Position numbers and translations under genes: made by a program
NCBI RefSeq assembly: GCF_988242995.1
Contig: NZ_OZ547043.1
Reading direction: 5' to 3' (one strand)
Length of the DNA stretch: 64,000 nucleotides
Notes under the pieces: model-generated
What the model was told of the DNA's origin: nothing
Database searches by the model: none
What the model saw: only the letters and a program-made list of their open reading frames with translations
In this document: piece after piece, positions 37,653-49,429 of the stretch
How the letters are laid out: each line of letters starts with the position of its first letter
How positions within the stretch are numbered: position 1 is the stretch's first letter

Positions 37653-39071
37653 ATGAAACAAGAAGTTATCCTGGTACTCGACTGTGGCGCGACCAATGTC
37701 AGGGCCATCGCGGTTAATCGGCAGGGAAAAATTGTTGCCCGCGCCTCAACGCCTAATGCCAGCGATATCGCGATGGAAAACAACACCTGGCACCAGTGGT
37801 CTTTAGACGCCATTTTGCAACGCTTTGCTGATTGCTGTCGGCAAATCAATAGTGAACTGACTGATTGCCACATCCGCGGTATCGCCGTCACCACCTTTGG
37901 TGTGGATGGCGCTCTGGTAGATAAGCAAGGCAATCTGCTCTATCCGATCATTAGCTGGAAATGTCCGCGAACAGCAGCGGTAATGGACAATATTGAACGG
38001 TTGATCTCCGCACAGCAGTTGCAGGCTATTTCTGGCGTCGGAGCCTTTAGTTTCAATACGTTATATAAGTTGGTATGGTTGAAAGAAAATCATCCACAAC
38101 TGCTGGAACGCGCGCACGCCTGGCTCTTTATTTCGTCGCTGATTAACCACCGTTTAACCGGCGAATTCACTACTGATATCACGATGGCCGGAACCAGCCA
38201 GATGCTGGATATCCAGCAACGCGATTTCAGTCCGCAAATTTTACAAGCCACCGGTATTCCACGCCGACTCTTCCCTCGTCTGGTGGAAGCGGGTGAACAG
38301 ATTGGTACGTTACAGAACAGCGCCGCAGCAATGCTCGGCTTACCCGTTGGCATACCGGTGATTTCCGCAGGTCACGATACCCAGTTCGCCCTTTTTGGCG
38401 CTGGTGCCGAACAAAATGAACCCGTGCTCTCTTCCGGTACATGGGAAATTTTAATGGTCCGTAGCGCCCAGGTTGATACTTCGCTGTTAAGTCAGTATGC
38501 CGGTTCCACCTGCGAACTGGATAGTCAGGCAGGGTTGTATAACCCAGGTATGCAATGGCTGGCATCCGGCGTGCTGGAGTGGGTGAGAAAACTGTTCTGG
38601 ACGGCAGAAACTCCCTGGCAAATGTTGATTGAAGAGGCTCGTCTGATCGCGCCTGGCGCGGATGGCGTGAAAATGCAGTGTGATTTATTGTCGTGTCAGA
38701 ACGCTGGCTGGCAAGGAGTGACGCTTAATACCACGCGGGGGCATTTCTATCGCGCGGCGCTGGAAGGGTTAACCGCGCAATTACAGCGCAATCTACAGAT
38801 GCTGGAAAAAATCGGGCACTTTAAAGCCTCTGAATTATTGTTAGTCGGCGGAGGAAGTCGCAACACATTGTGGAATCAGATTAAAGCCAATATGCTTGAT
38901 ATTCCGGTAAAAGTTCTCGACGACGCAGAAACGACCGTCGCAGGAGCTGCGCTGTTCGGTTGGTATGGCGTAGGGGAATTTAACAGCCCGGAAGAAGCCC
39001 GCGCACAGATTCATTATCAGTACCGTTATTTCTACCCGCAAACTGAACCTGAATTTATAGAGGAAGTGTGA
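37653..39071 (+). CDS. fucK: L-fuculokinase
   Basis: FGGY kinase; start taken at [15 protein letters not shown] with AGGAG 7 nt upstream (ORF track starts 30 nt earlier). Confidence 0.9.
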
Positions 39072-39072
39072 A

Positions 39073-39495
39073 ATGCTGAAAACAATTTCGCCGTTAATTT
39101 CTCCCGAACTATTGAAAGTGCTGGCAGAGATGGGGCATGGAGATGAAATTATTTTTTCCGATGCTCACTTTCCCGCCCATTCGATGGGACCGCAGGTGAT
39201 CCGCGCTGATGGCCTGTTGGTGAGCGACTTGCTCCAGGCGATTATCCCGTTATTTGAACTGGACAGTTATGCACCGCCGCTGGTGATGATGGCGGCGGTA
39301 GAAGGTGACACTCTCGATCCTGAAGTAGAACGACGTTATCGTAATGCGCTTTCACTACAAGCCCCCTGTCCTGACATCATCCGCATCAATCGTTTTGCGT
39401 TTTATGAACGGGCGCAAAAAGCCTTTGCGATCGTTATCACAGGCGAACGAGCGAAGTACGGGAATATTCTTTTAAAAAAAGGGGTAACACCGTAA
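39073..39495 (+). CDS. fucU: L-fucose mutarotase
   Basis: 140-aa RbsD/FucU-family ORF. Confidence 0.9.
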
Positions 39496-39552
39496 TCTCA
39501 TACCGGTACGCCCGCATGACGCGGGCGGTTATCGAATGATGGGGTGAAAAAT

Positions 39553-40284
39553 ATGAAAGCGGCACGCCAGCAAGCGATAGTCGACCTGCTGCTGAACCAT
39601 ACCAGCCTGACCACGGAAGCTCTCTCTGAACAGCTAAAGGTCAGTAAAGAAACCATTCGTCGCGATCTCAATGAATTACAGACGCAGGGTAAAATTCTGC
39701 GCAATCATGGGCGCGCTAAATATATCCACCGTCAAAATCAAGACAGTGGCGATCCCTTTCACATCCGGCTGAAAAGCCATTATGCGCATAAAGCAGATAT
39801 CGCGCGCGAGGCGCTCGCGTGGATTGAAGAAGGGATGGTAATAGCCTTAGACGCAAGTTCAACCTGCTGGTATCTGGCACGCCAGTTGCCTGACATCAAC
39901 ATCCAGGTCTTCACCAATAGCCATCCGATTTGCCATGAACTCGGTAAACGCGAACGCATTCAACTAATCAGTTCCGGCGGCACACTTGAGCGCAAATATG
40001 GCTGTTACGTCAATCCCTCGCTGATTTCCCAACTTAAATCGCTGGAAATCGATCTGTTTATTTTTTCTTGTGAAGGGATCGATAGCAGCGGCGCACTGTG
40101 GGACTCCAATGCCATCAACGCTGATTACAAATCAATGCTATTAAAACGTGCCGCGCAATCGTTGTTATTGATTGATAAAAGTAAATTTAATCGTTCAGGG
40201 GAAGCCCGCATCGGGCATCTGGATGAGGTAACGCACATTATTTCTGATGAGCGCCAGGTTGCAACTTCTTTGGTAACAGCCTGA
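39553..40284 (+). CDS. fucR: DeoR-family activator of the fucose regulon
   Basis: HTH plus sugar-binding domain; start taken at MKAARQQAIV. Confidence 0.9.
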   Translation: MKAARQQAIVDLLLNHTSLTTEALSEQLKVSKETIRRDLNELQTQGKILRNHGRAKYIHRQNQDSGDPFHIRLKSHYAHKADIAREALAWIEEGMVIALDASSTCWYLARQLPDINIQVFTNSHPICHELGKRERIQLISSGGTLERKYGCYVNPSLISQLKSLEIDLFIFSCEGIDSSGALWDSNAINADYKSMLLKRAAQSLLLIDKSKFNRSGEARIGHLDEVTHIISDERQVATSLVTA

Positions 40285-40327
40285 CGGAAAGGGTAGCAGG
40301 CCGGAGACGACGCCCCGGCCTTGCCTG

Positions 40328-41428
40328 TTATCGCTCGTCGCGACGACCACCCACCGCAGCCCAGATACGGCGGACGTGCACCGTCACTTCTTCGCGATCG
40401 TGATACAACTGCCGCGCCTGAATCTGAGCATTTATGCCATGTTCATCAAGCTGTGCCTGAATATACGCCAGATTGTGTGACACTTCTTCGTAGCGTTTTT
40501 TCATCGGCAGTTTGAGGTTGAAAATGGTTTCACGGCACCAGCCATTAACCAGCCACTGCGCCATCAATGCCGCAACTTTCGCCGGTTTTTCAACCATATC
40601 GCATACCATCCAGGAGATATTGCTGCGTGTCGGACGGAATTTGAAACCGTCTTCCCGCAGCCACGTCACCTGTCCGGTATCCATCAGACTTTGCGCCATC
40701 GGGCCGTTGTCGACGGAATAAACCCACATGTTGCGCTTCACCAGTTGGTAGGTCCAGCCGCCTGGGCAAGCGCCTAAATCCACCGCCCACATCCCGTTCG
40801 CCAGGCGTTCATCCCACTCATCCGCAGGAATAAACACATGAAATGCCTCTTCCAGTTTGAGCGTGGAACGACTCGGCGCATCTGCCGGAAATTTCAGGCG
40901 CGGAATGCCCATATAGAACGGCGAATTATTGTTGCTGTATGAGTAACCGGTATAGCAGCAGCCTGGTGCAATAAAGAATACATGCACAACCGGACGCTTC
41001 GGCGTTTCATAGTTCGCCAGCACACCCGCATCGCGCAAGGCAGCGCGTAGCGGCACGGTGAATTTACGGCAGAATTTCAGCAACTCTTTGCTTTCGTTGG
41101 TATCGGCAACTTCAACACGCAGTTCACCGCCCTTCTCTACTACACCCTGTAACATGCCGACAATGGGGGTAATACGATCTTCTGGCGGCAAATGCTGCAG
41201 GAGTTCCCCCACCACAAACCACTGGCGGGCAAAAATTAATGAACTGAACGGCAGCTCACGGATTAACTTATCGCCATCATCAGGTTGATAACATTCATAA
41301 ATGACATAACCCGCATTCTCTTTCACGCGGGCAAAACCGAAAATTTCCCGCTGGCCGGCTTTATCGGTAATTTCTGCGGCGCACTCTTTTTCAAAGCCCG
41401 GACGGCACAGCAATACAACCTTATTCAT
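40328..41428 (-). CDS. rlmM: 23S rRNA 2'-O-ribose C2498 methyltransferase
   Basis: 366-aa ORF. Confidence 0.85.
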
Positions 41429-41816
41429 GACTTACGCCCTTGCGCTTTAAACGGATAGCACCAACTAACATTAACGCCCAGCCCGCGAGGAAGCTCACGC
41501 CGCCAACCGGTGTGACAAATGCCCACAAACGCAGATGGGACAGCGCCAGGCAATAAAGGCTGCCGCTGAACAGCACCGTGCCTAACGCGAGGAAAACGCT
41601 ACTCCAGTAAAACCAGATACTGATGCGACGCTGCATTGCCACCGCCAGACCTAAGATCGCCAGCGTATGGAACGCCTGATATTCGAGACCGGTCTGGATC
41701 CAGCCCATCTCAACGGCCCCCATGGTTTTACTTAACACATGCGCGCCAAAAGCGCCCAGAGCCACAAAAATGAAGCCGCTAATGGCGGCGAAAATCAGCA
41801 TAAAACGGCTGGTCAT
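41421..41816 (-). CDS. ygdD: DUF423 inner-membrane protein
   Basis: 131-aa hydrophobic ORF overlapping the rlmM start by 8 nt. Confidence 0.8.
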
Positions 41817-41834
41817 GGTCGTACCCTACGTAAA

Positions 41835-42752
41835 TTATTGTTCATAACGAAAGCGGAATTTTTCTTGTTCAGCAGCGGCTTTCGCCAGGATCCATTGGCG
41901 AAAGGCGGCTATTTTACCCAGTTCTGCCTGGCTGTCATGACAAACCAGATAAAAAGCGTTTTTACTGACCAGTACATCATTAAACGGGCAAACAAGACGT
42001 CCGGCCTCAATTTCAGATTGCGCCATCACGTTATTTGCCAGCGCCACTCCCTGCCCGTGGATAGCCGCTTGCAGCACCATGGCGCTATGGCTAAAAATTG
42101 GCCCTTGCTGAACGTTGATATGATTTAACCCCAACTGTCGGGTATATGTCTGCCAGTCACGGCGCGACGCATCATGTAATAACGTATGTTTAGCCAGATC
42201 TTCCGGGGTCTTCAAGGGTTTTTCGCCAGTCAGTAGTAACGGCGAACACACCGGCAATAAATACTCGGCGTACAGTTTTTCCACCCGTAGCCCCGGCCAG
42301 TTGCCCCGACCATAAAATATCGCCACATCAACATCATCCGCCAGCTTATCTTCCTGACGATCAACCGCCTGGATTCGAACGTCAATTCCCGGATAAGCTG
42401 AATTAAAGCTGGAAAGTCGCGGAACCAACCAATGAATGGCGAAACTGGGGAGTAAACTGACCGTCAACGCCCCCTTGGCGCTACGGGCCTGGAGTTTACG
42501 CGTCGCTTCGGTTAATTGCGAAAATATCTCTTTGATATCGAGGAAATAGCTTTGACCTTCCTCGGTCAGCAGGAGTGAACGATTACGGCGGCGGAACAGT
42601 TTTAGCCCCAGAAAATCCTCAAGAGACTTGATTTGATGACTTACTGCGGCCTGGGTCACAAAAAGCTCTTCTGCTGCGCGAGTGAAACTTAAATGGCGTG
42701 CTGCGGCATCAAAAACTCGTAAGGCATTTAGCGGTGGTAATCGTTTAGACAT
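41835..42752 (-). CDS. gcvA: LysR-family regulator of the glycine cleavage system
   Basis: 305-aa LysR-type ORF, divergent from gcvB. Confidence 0.9.
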   Translation of the reverse strand: MSKRLPPLNALRVFDAAARHLSFTRAAEELFVTQAAVSHQIKSLEDFLGLKLFRRRNRSLLLTEEGQSYFLDIKEIFSQLTEATRKLQARSAKGALTVSLLPSFAIHWLVPRLSSFNSAYPGIDVRIQAVDRQEDKLADDVDVAIFYGRGNWPGLRVEKLYAEYLLPVCSPLLLTGEKPLKTPEDLAKHTLLHDASRRDWQTYTRQLGLNHINVQQGPIFSHSAMVLQAAIHGQGVALANNVMAQSEIEAGRLVCPFNDVLVSKNAFYLVCHDSQAELGKIAAFRQWILAKAAAEQEKFRFRYEQ

Positions 42753-42880
42753 GGCTTTTAAACTTTGATGTTAAATGAATTTAACAATTAGATCACACTG
42801 TGTAACCTATTAGTTTTTTTAATCTGAGCCATTATAAATTGTCCGTTGAGCTTCTACCAGCAAATACCTATAGTGGCGGC

Positions 42881-43086
42881 ACTTCCTGAGCCGGAACGAA
42901 AAGTTTTATCGGAATGCGTGTTCTGGTGAACTTTTGGCTTACGGTTGTGATGTTGTGTTGTTGTGTTTGCAATTGGTCTGCGATTCAGACCATGGTAGCA
43001 AAGCTACCTTTTTTCACTTCCTGTACATTTACCCTGTCTGTCCATAGTGATTAATGTAGCACCGCCTAATTGCGGTGCTTTTTTTT
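42881..43086 (+). ncRNA. gcvB: GcvB small RNA (Hfq-dependent)
   Basis: Begins acttcctgagccggaacgaaaag, contains the GU-rich gttgtgatgttgtgttgttgtgtttg region and ends in gcaccgcctaattgcggtgc plus U-run. Confidence 0.9.
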
Positions 43087-43102
43087 ACCTTGCGATCGCG
43101 AA

Positions 43103-43330
43103 TTACTGATCCAGTTCGACCATCTCTTTCACGTCAGTACGGTTGATCTGCTGTTTGTTGCCATTAGCGTCTTTATACGAAATCATACCGGTATCGTTAT
43201 CAGTCTGTGGTTTGCCGTCAGAGACGATGGTACGTCCGTCATTGGTGTGCATCACATAGTTCGAACCGGAACAGGCGCTCAGGGCAAAAGTCAGCATACA
43301 GGCAGAAATAATTGCGGCAGTCTTTTTCAT
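43103..43330 (-). CDS. ygdI: Small lipoprotein (DUF903)
   Basis: 75-aa ORF with lipobox LSACSG. Confidence 0.8.
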   Translation of the reverse strand: MKKTAAIISACMLTFALSACSGSNYVMHTNDGRTIVSDGKPQTDNDTGMISYKDANGNKQQINRTDVKEMVELDQ

Positions 43331-43521
43331 CATCTTCTCCTTAAAGCGATTAATAAATCTTAATAGTATTGATTAACAGGCTAAAATTAACGCCTAACAC
43401 TATTCAGCATATGTTACTGACGCGGCTTCGCCAGGATATCCAGATAATTCTGATGGTTAGCACTCTCCTTGTATCAAAGTGAATTTTGCGTCACGATCGG
43501 TGCATCAAGCCGAGGAGTACC

Positions 43522-44727
43522 ATGAACGTTTTTAATCCCGCGCAGTTTCGCGCCCAGTTTCCCGCGCTACAGGATGCGGGCGTCTATCTCGACAGCGCCG
43601 CGACCGCGCTTAAACCTGAAGCCGTGGTTGAAGCCACTCGACAGTTTTACAGCCTGAGCGCCGGAAACGTCCATCGCAGCCAGTTTGCCGAAGCCCAACG
43701 CCTGACCGCGCGTTATGAAGCTGCACGAGAGAAAGTGGCGCAATTACTGAATGCACCGGATGATAAAACTATCGTCTGGACGCGCGGCACCACTGAATCC
43801 ATCAACATGGTGGCACAATGCTATGCGCGTCCGCGTCTGCAACCGGGCGATGAGATTATTGTCAGCGTGGCAGAACACCACGCTAACCTCGTCCCCTGGC
43901 TGATGGTCGCCCAACAAACGGGAGCCAAAGTGGTGAAATTGCCGCTTAATGCGCAGCGATTGCCGGATGTCGATTTGTTGCCAGAACTGATCACACCTCG
44001 TAGTCGAATTCTTGCTCTGGGACAAATGTCGAACGTCACTGGCGGTTGCCCGGATCTGGCGCGAGCGATTACCTTTGCTCATTCAGCCGGGATGGTGGTG
44101 ATGGTTGATGGTGCTCAGGGGGCGGTGCATTTCCCTGCGGATGTTCAGCAACTGGATATTGATTTCTATGCTTTTTCAGGTCACAAACTGTATGGCCCGA
44201 CAGGTATCGGCGTGCTGTATGGCAAATCAGAACTGCTGGAAGCGATGTCACCCTGGCTGGGTGGCGGCAAAATGATTCACGAAGTGAGTTTTGACGGCTT
44301 CACGACTCAATCTGCGCCGTGGAAACTGGAAGCCGGAACGCCAAATGTCGCTGGTGTCATAGGATTAAGCGCGGCGCTGGAATGGCTGGCAGATTACGAT
44401 ATCAACCAGGCCGAAAACTGGAGCCGTAGCTTAGCAACGCTGGCGGAAGATGCGCTGGCGAAACGTCCAGGCTTTCGTTCATTCCGCTGCCAGGATTCCA
44501 GCCTGCTGGCCTTCGATTTTGCTGGCGTTCATCACAGCGATATGGTGACGCTGCTGGCGGAGTACGGTATTGCCCTGCGGGCCGGGCAACATTGCGCTCA
44601 GCCGCTACTGGCAGAATTAGGCGTAACCGGCACACTGCGCGCCTCTTTTGCGCCATATAATACAAAGAGTGATGTGGATGCGCTGGTGAATGCCGTTGAC
44701 CGCGCGCTGGAATTATTGGTGGATTAA
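43522..44727 (+). CDS. csdA: Cysteine sulfinate desulfinase / cysteine desulfurase
   Basis: Class V aminotransferase ORF; start taken at [10 protein letters not shown]. Confidence 0.9.
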   Translation: MNVFNPAQFRAQFPALQDAGVYLDSAATALKPEAVVEATRQFYSLSAGNVHRSQFAEAQRLTARYEAAREKVAQLLNAPDDKTIVWTRGTTESINMVAQCYARPRLQPGDEIIVSVAEHHANLVPWLMVAQQTGAKVVKLPLNAQRLPDVDLLPELITPRSRILALGQMSNVTGGCPDLARAITFAHSAGMVVMVDGAQGAVHFPADVQQLDIDFYAFSGHKLYGPTGIGVLYGKSELLEAMSPWLGGGKMIHEVSFDGFTTQSAPWKLEAGTPNVAGVIGLSAALEWLADYDINQAENWSRSLATLAEDALAKRPGFRSFRCQDSSLLAFDFAGVHHSDMVTLLAEYGIALRAGQHCAQPLLAELGVTGTLRASFAPYNTKSDVDALVNAVDRALELLVD

Positions 44728-45170
44728 TGACGAACCCGCAATTCGCCGGACATCCGTTCGGCACAACCGTAACCGCAGAAACGTTACGCAATACCTTCGC
44801 ACCGTTGACGCAATGGGAAGATAAATATCGCCAGTTGATCATGCTGGGGAAACAGCTTCCGGCTTTGCCAGACGAGTTAAAAGCGCAGGCTAAAGAGATT
44901 GCCGGATGCGAAAACCGCGTCTGGCTGGGATATACCGTGGCTGAAAACGGCAAGATGCATTTCTTTGGCGACAGCGAAGGACGCATTGTGCGCGGCCTGC
45001 TTGCGGTGTTGTTGACTGCCGTTGAGGGCAAAACCGCCGCCGAATTGCAGGCACAGTCGCCGCTGGCATTGTTTGATGAGCTGGGATTGCGTGCGCAACT
45101 TAGCGCCTCACGCAGCCAGGGGTTGAATGCGTTAAGCGAGGCGATTATCGCTGTGGCGAAGCAGGTTTAA
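44727..45170 (+). CDS. csdE: Sulfur acceptor protein (SufE-like)
   Basis: 147-aa ORF whose start overlaps the csdA stop. Confidence 0.85.
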   Translation: MTNPQFAGHPFGTTVTAETLRNTFAPLTQWEDKYRQLIMLGKQLPALPDELKAQAKEIAGCENRVWLGYTVAENGKMHFFGDSEGRIVRGLLAVLLTAVEGKTAAELQAQSPLALFDELGLRAQLSASRSQGLNALSEAIIAVAKQV

Positions 45171-45184
45171 GCACAGAACCAGGT

Positions 45185-45215
45185 CGGATAAGACGTTCGC
45201 GTCGCATCCGACCTG
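45185..45215. repeat. REP element between csdE and tcdA
   Basis: gtcggataagacgttcgcgtcgcatccgac palindromic unit. Confidence 0.6.
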
Positions 45216-45220
45216 ATTGT

Positions 45221-46027
45221 TTACCCCTGACGGGCCGCTTTCGCCATCATCTTCTTCAGCGCATGAGAAACCGCAACAAAACCAAAGGTGGCGGTCACCA
45301 TCGTCGCGGCACCAAATCCAGATGCACAATCCATCCGCTTTGGCCCTTCCGCCGTAGCTTTCATTGCACAGACCGTGCCATCTGACTGCGGGTACACCAG
45401 CGCTTCGGTAGAGAACACGCAATCCACGCCGAGCTTACCTTTGCTGTTTTTCACTACGCCAAAATCGCTTTTCAGGCGCTCGCGCAACTTCGCCGCCAGC
45501 GGGTCCTGAATCGTTTTCGCCAGATCGGTAACCTGAATCTGCGTCGGGTCAATCTGCCCACCCGCGCCACCGGTTGTGACCAGTGGAATTTTATTGCGCC
45601 GACAATAAGCAATCAGCGCCGCTTTGGGCCGTACACTATCAATGGCATCAATCACGTACGAATAACCCACGCTCATATACTGCGCTACGTTATCCGGCGT
45701 CACGAAATCATCCACCACCGTTACACGGCACTCCGGGTTAATCTGGCGAATACGCTCCGCCATAACTTCCGCTTTTGCCAGCCCAACGTTATCGCGCAGG
45801 GCATGAATTTGCCGATTGGTATTGGTGACGCACACATCATCCATATCGATAAGCGTGATTGCGCCAATCCCCGTGCGCGCCAGCGCTTCCGCCGCCCAGG
45901 AACCGACCCCCCCAATACCCACCACACAAATATGTGCATCGGCAAACAGTTGCAGCGCTTTTTCACCATACAGACGCGCAGTACCACCAAAACGCTGACG
46001 CCATGCATCACTAATTACCACAGACAT
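45221..46027 (-). CDS. tcdA: tRNA threonylcarbamoyladenosine dehydratase (E1-like)
   Basis: 268-aa ThiF/MoeB-family ORF with GxGxxG nucleotide-binding motif. Confidence 0.85.
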   Translation of the reverse strand: MSVVISDAWRQRFGGTARLYGEKALQLFADAHICVVGIGGVGSWAAEALARTGIGAITLIDMDDVCVTNTNRQIHALRDNVGLAKAEVMAERIRQINPECRVTVVDDFVTPDNVAQYMSVGYSYVIDAIDSVRPKAALIAYCRRNKIPLVTTGGAGGQIDPTQIQVTDLAKTIQDPLAAKLRERLKSDFGVVKNSKGKLGVDCVFSTEALVYPQSDGTVCAMKATAEGPKRMDCASGFGAATMVTATFGFVAVSHALKKMMAKAARQG

Positions 46028-46039
46028 AGCACCTCAGAA

Positions 46040-46250
46040 TTAAAAAGGGCGAGGTTATCCCTCACCCTAAACGCATAAATGCCTGATGCGCTACGCTTAT
46101 CAGGCCTACATAACTCCTGCAATATTTTGGATTTGCATGATTTGTAGGCCGGATAAGGCGTTCACGCCGCATCCGGCATGAACAACGCGCACTTAGTCAA
46201 TAATCAGGATGTGAGGTTACCCCTCACCCTGTCATATCCGTAAAAACGGC
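46040..46250. repeat. Composite REP cluster flanked by near-identical GGTGAGGG-type hairpin units
   Basis: REP units gcctgatgcgctacgcttatcaggcctaca and gtaggccggataaggcgttcacgccgcatccggca; flanking repeats gaggttatccctcaccct (46052-46069) and gaggttacccctcaccct (46215-46232). Confidence 0.7.
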
Positions 46251-46265
46251 ATACAGAATATCACA

Positions 46266-47363
46266 TCAGCCGCTAAAGACGTTACCTGCGCCCGGAGCCG
46301 TTTTCAGCACCCAGACACGTCCATAGTGGTTGTACCAACCTGCGCGGTGCCCGGCTTCCGGCCCGATCCCTTGATAGATATCGAAGTGTTGGCCTTTGAT
46401 TGCGCCACCGACATCCAGCGCCACCATCAGACGCAATTCGTACTGACCGTTAAATTTGCCGTTATTATCCAGCAGCGGCACTTCTGCCAGCAAGGTAGTA
46501 CCTGGCGGAATAATTGAACGATCGGAGGCAACAGAAGCACGGCCAACCAGCGGCACCGCACTTGCCCCTTTCACCGGTGCAAAAGATTGCGGTTTAAAGA
46601 AGACGAAAGACGGGTTCTGTTCCAGCAGCTCGCGAACCTCGGCTTCACTGTGTGTTTCGCCCCAGTGACGAATCGCCTGCATCGACATATCTTCTTTTTT
46701 CACTTCGCCACGGTCGATCAGCACCTTACCAATGCTGCGATAGGCATGACCGTTTTTCCCTGCATAGCTGAAAAAGTTAAGCGGACTGCCATCACCAAAG
46801 TCGATATACCCACTACCCTGCACATCCATAATGAAGTTATCCATCAGGGAGTTACTGTAAGCGAGAATATATTTATCACTCAATGCCCCCGCGTAGATCT
46901 CCGCACGAGACGGCAGACGACCACGTTTTGGCGGCATACGGTAAATCGGATACTGGAACTCGCCCTGGCGGGTATGGCGCGCCTGAATTACCGGCGTGTA
47001 ATAGCCTGTAAACTGCACGTTACCATAGTTGTCGGCACCTTCCATCTGCCAGGCATCAATGCCGAACTGGCGCATATTGCGGGTATCACCGCCTGCGCGC
47101 AGCCACTCTTGCACCGCGTTATAAACATTACTCTGGTTGCCATACAGACGCGGTGACGAATTACGGATATGGTTAATTTGCTCGGCAAAATCACCGGCGT
47201 TAATCGGCGCGCCAACGGCATCTGGCTGGTTCACCAGAGAGAAAGGCTGGGTAAATTTCCCGTCTTTATATTGCTGTCCGCGATCGGTTGGTTTGGAAGA
47301 GCAGGCGGCAAGCATTGCCACAACCGTGCCCATAAGAAGGTACTTTACCCAACGTCCTTTCAT
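46266..47363 (-). CDS. mltA: Membrane-bound lytic murein transglycosylase A
   Basis: ORF track extends to 47645 across the tRNA genes; start moved to MKGRWVKYLLMGTVVAMLAACSS (lipoprotein signal), 365 aa. Confidence 0.9.
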   Translation of the reverse strand: MKGRWVKYLLMGTVVAMLAACSSKPTDRGQQYKDGKFTQPFSLVNQPDAVGAPINAGDFAEQINHIRNSSPRLYGNQSNVYNAVQEWLRAGGDTRNMRQFGIDAWQMEGADNYGNVQFTGYYTPVIQARHTRQGEFQYPIYRMPPKRGRLPSRAEIYAGALSDKYILAYSNSLMDNFIMDVQGSGYIDFGDGSPLNFFSYAGKNGHAYRSIGKVLIDRGEVKKEDMSMQAIRHWGETHSEAEVRELLEQNPSFVFFKPQSFAPVKGASAVPLVGRASVASDRSIIPPGTTLLAEVPLLDNNGKFNGQYELRLMVALDVGGAIKGQHFDIYQGIGPEAGHRAGWYNHYGRVWVLKTAPGAGNVFSG

Positions 47364-47530
47364 TGTTCTCTTCTTCAGGTTAAAAAATAAGGCGCAACGA
47401 AGATAACAAACCGCCGCGTTTAATGAAATGAGCAGCCTCTCCCTGACGCAAATTTTGCACAAAAAATAGGCTTTAGTGATTTGTTTTTGTTCAAAATCAT
47501 GCCAGATCCGTGATCGGGGTAAAAAAAAGG

Positions 47531-47559
47531 TTGCATGAAAACGCGAGCGGAGTATAGTG
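47531..47559 (+). promoter_or_regulatory. Sigma-70 promoter of the initiator tRNA cluster
   Basis: TTGCAT -35, 16-bp spacer, TATAGT -10, then GC-rich discriminator, just upstream of the first tRNA. Confidence 0.6.
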
Positions 47560-47571
47560 CGCATCCACGGA

Positions 47572-47648
<77 letters not shown>

Positions 47649-47681
47649 ATTAAAATTTGATGAAGTAAAGCAGTACGGTGA

Positions 47682-47758
<77 letters not shown>

Positions 47759-47792
47759 ATCAAAATTTGATGAAGTAATAGCAGTACGGTGA

Positions 47793-47869
<77 letters not shown>

Positions 47870-47877
47870 ATTATTGA

Positions 47878-47900
47878 ACACCCTAACGGGTGTTTTTTTG
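47878..47900 (+). terminator. Intrinsic terminator of the tRNA-fMet operon
   Basis: acaccc-taac-gggtgt hairpin followed by a T-run. Confidence 0.7.
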
Positions 47901-47943
47901 TTTCTGCTCTCCCATAAAAAAAGCGCCATTCAGCGCCTTTTTA

Positions 47944-49197
47944 TCATCCCCTTCTCGCCAGCGTCGCCCCATCGGCAAAATACGCTTTAATCCCCGCAAG
48001 AATAGACTCCGCAACTTCCTGCTGGAAGGTCGCCGTTTTCAGTTTACGCTCTTCCTCAACGTTACTGATAAACGCCGTTTCGACCAGAATGGAGGGAATA
48101 TCAGGCGCTTTCAGCACGGCAAACCCGGCCTGTTCAACCTGATTTTTATGCAGCTTGTTGATTTTACCGAGCTTATTCAGCACCGCTTTACCAAACTTAA
48201 GGCTGTCGGCAATGGTCAGCGACTGCACCATATCGAACATGGTGTGGTCGACATAGCGGTCACCGCTTTTGCTCACGCCACCAATCAAGTCCGAGGCGTT
48301 CTGGGTTTGTGCCAGATATTTTGCCGCAGTACTGGTTGCACCTTTGGTTGAGAGCGCAAACACAGAGGAACCGCTCGGCTGACGACTGGTAAAGGCGTCG
48401 GCATGGATAGAGACAAACAGGTCAGCACGCTGTTTCTGGGCTTTTGCTACGCGCACTTGCAACGGAATGAAGATGTCTTCATTGCGCGTCATGTACACCT
48501 TCATATTGCCCTCTTTCTCGATCAGAGAGCGCAAACGGCGAGCTATTTGCAATACCACGTCTTTTTCGCGCGTTTTGTATTTCCCCACCGCACCGGAGTC
48601 TTCGCCACCGTGGCCAGGGTCAAGCATAATGACAATCGGACGATCGCGCCCTGCTTTACCTGGTTGTGGACCACTTTGCGCTGGCGGCACCTGCTTTTCG
48701 AGGTCGCCTTTGTTGTAATCCTCCAGCAGCGCCAGCAGCGGGTCCTGCATATCCTGTGCATTGGCCGGATAGAGGTCCATCACCAGACGCTCTTTAAACC
48801 CGGCGACCGGCGCAAGGGCAAACAGCTGCGGTTTTACGTTTTGCTTTAATTCAAAAACCATGCGTACGGTTTGCGGGTCAAATTGCCCGACGCGCGCCGA
48901 CTTGATGAACGGGTCGTCTGCACGAATTTGTGCCGCCATCCCCTTGAGTACCGAGTTCAGGTTTACATCTTCGATATCCACCACCACGCGTTCCGGGTTA
49001 CTCAACGCGAACTGCTTATATTTCAGCTGACGATTTGATTCTACCGTCACGCGGGTGTAGCTGGACGCAGGCCAGACGCGCACCGCCACGACCTGGCTGA
49101 CCGCAGCCAGACTGACCTGACTTACGCTCAATAGCCACATGGCACCCGCGCCTTGCAGTAAACGACGACGGCTGATTGCAGTGTTGGATCCTGACAT
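47944..49197 (-). CDS. amiC: N-acetylmuramoyl-L-alanine amidase (Tat-exported)
   Basis: Start taken at [19 protein letters not shown] (twin-arginine signal); AMIN and amidase_3 domains; 417 aa. Confidence 0.9.
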
Positions 49198-49429
49198 GCC
49201 TCTCCCGAGCAAAAGAAATCTAAGCTGTGTAACAAGTAAACGACTAATTTGACCGGAAACTTTAGCGAAAGACGCATAATCTGTCATCTAATAAACGGTA
49301 AACATTCTTTTTATATTCACGGCATTACTGATAAAAAAAGTCGCTCTCGCATAAAATTTACACTTGCACCCTGCGAAAAAACAGAATAAAAATACACTAA
49401 TTTCGAATAATCATGCAAAGAGGTGTGCC

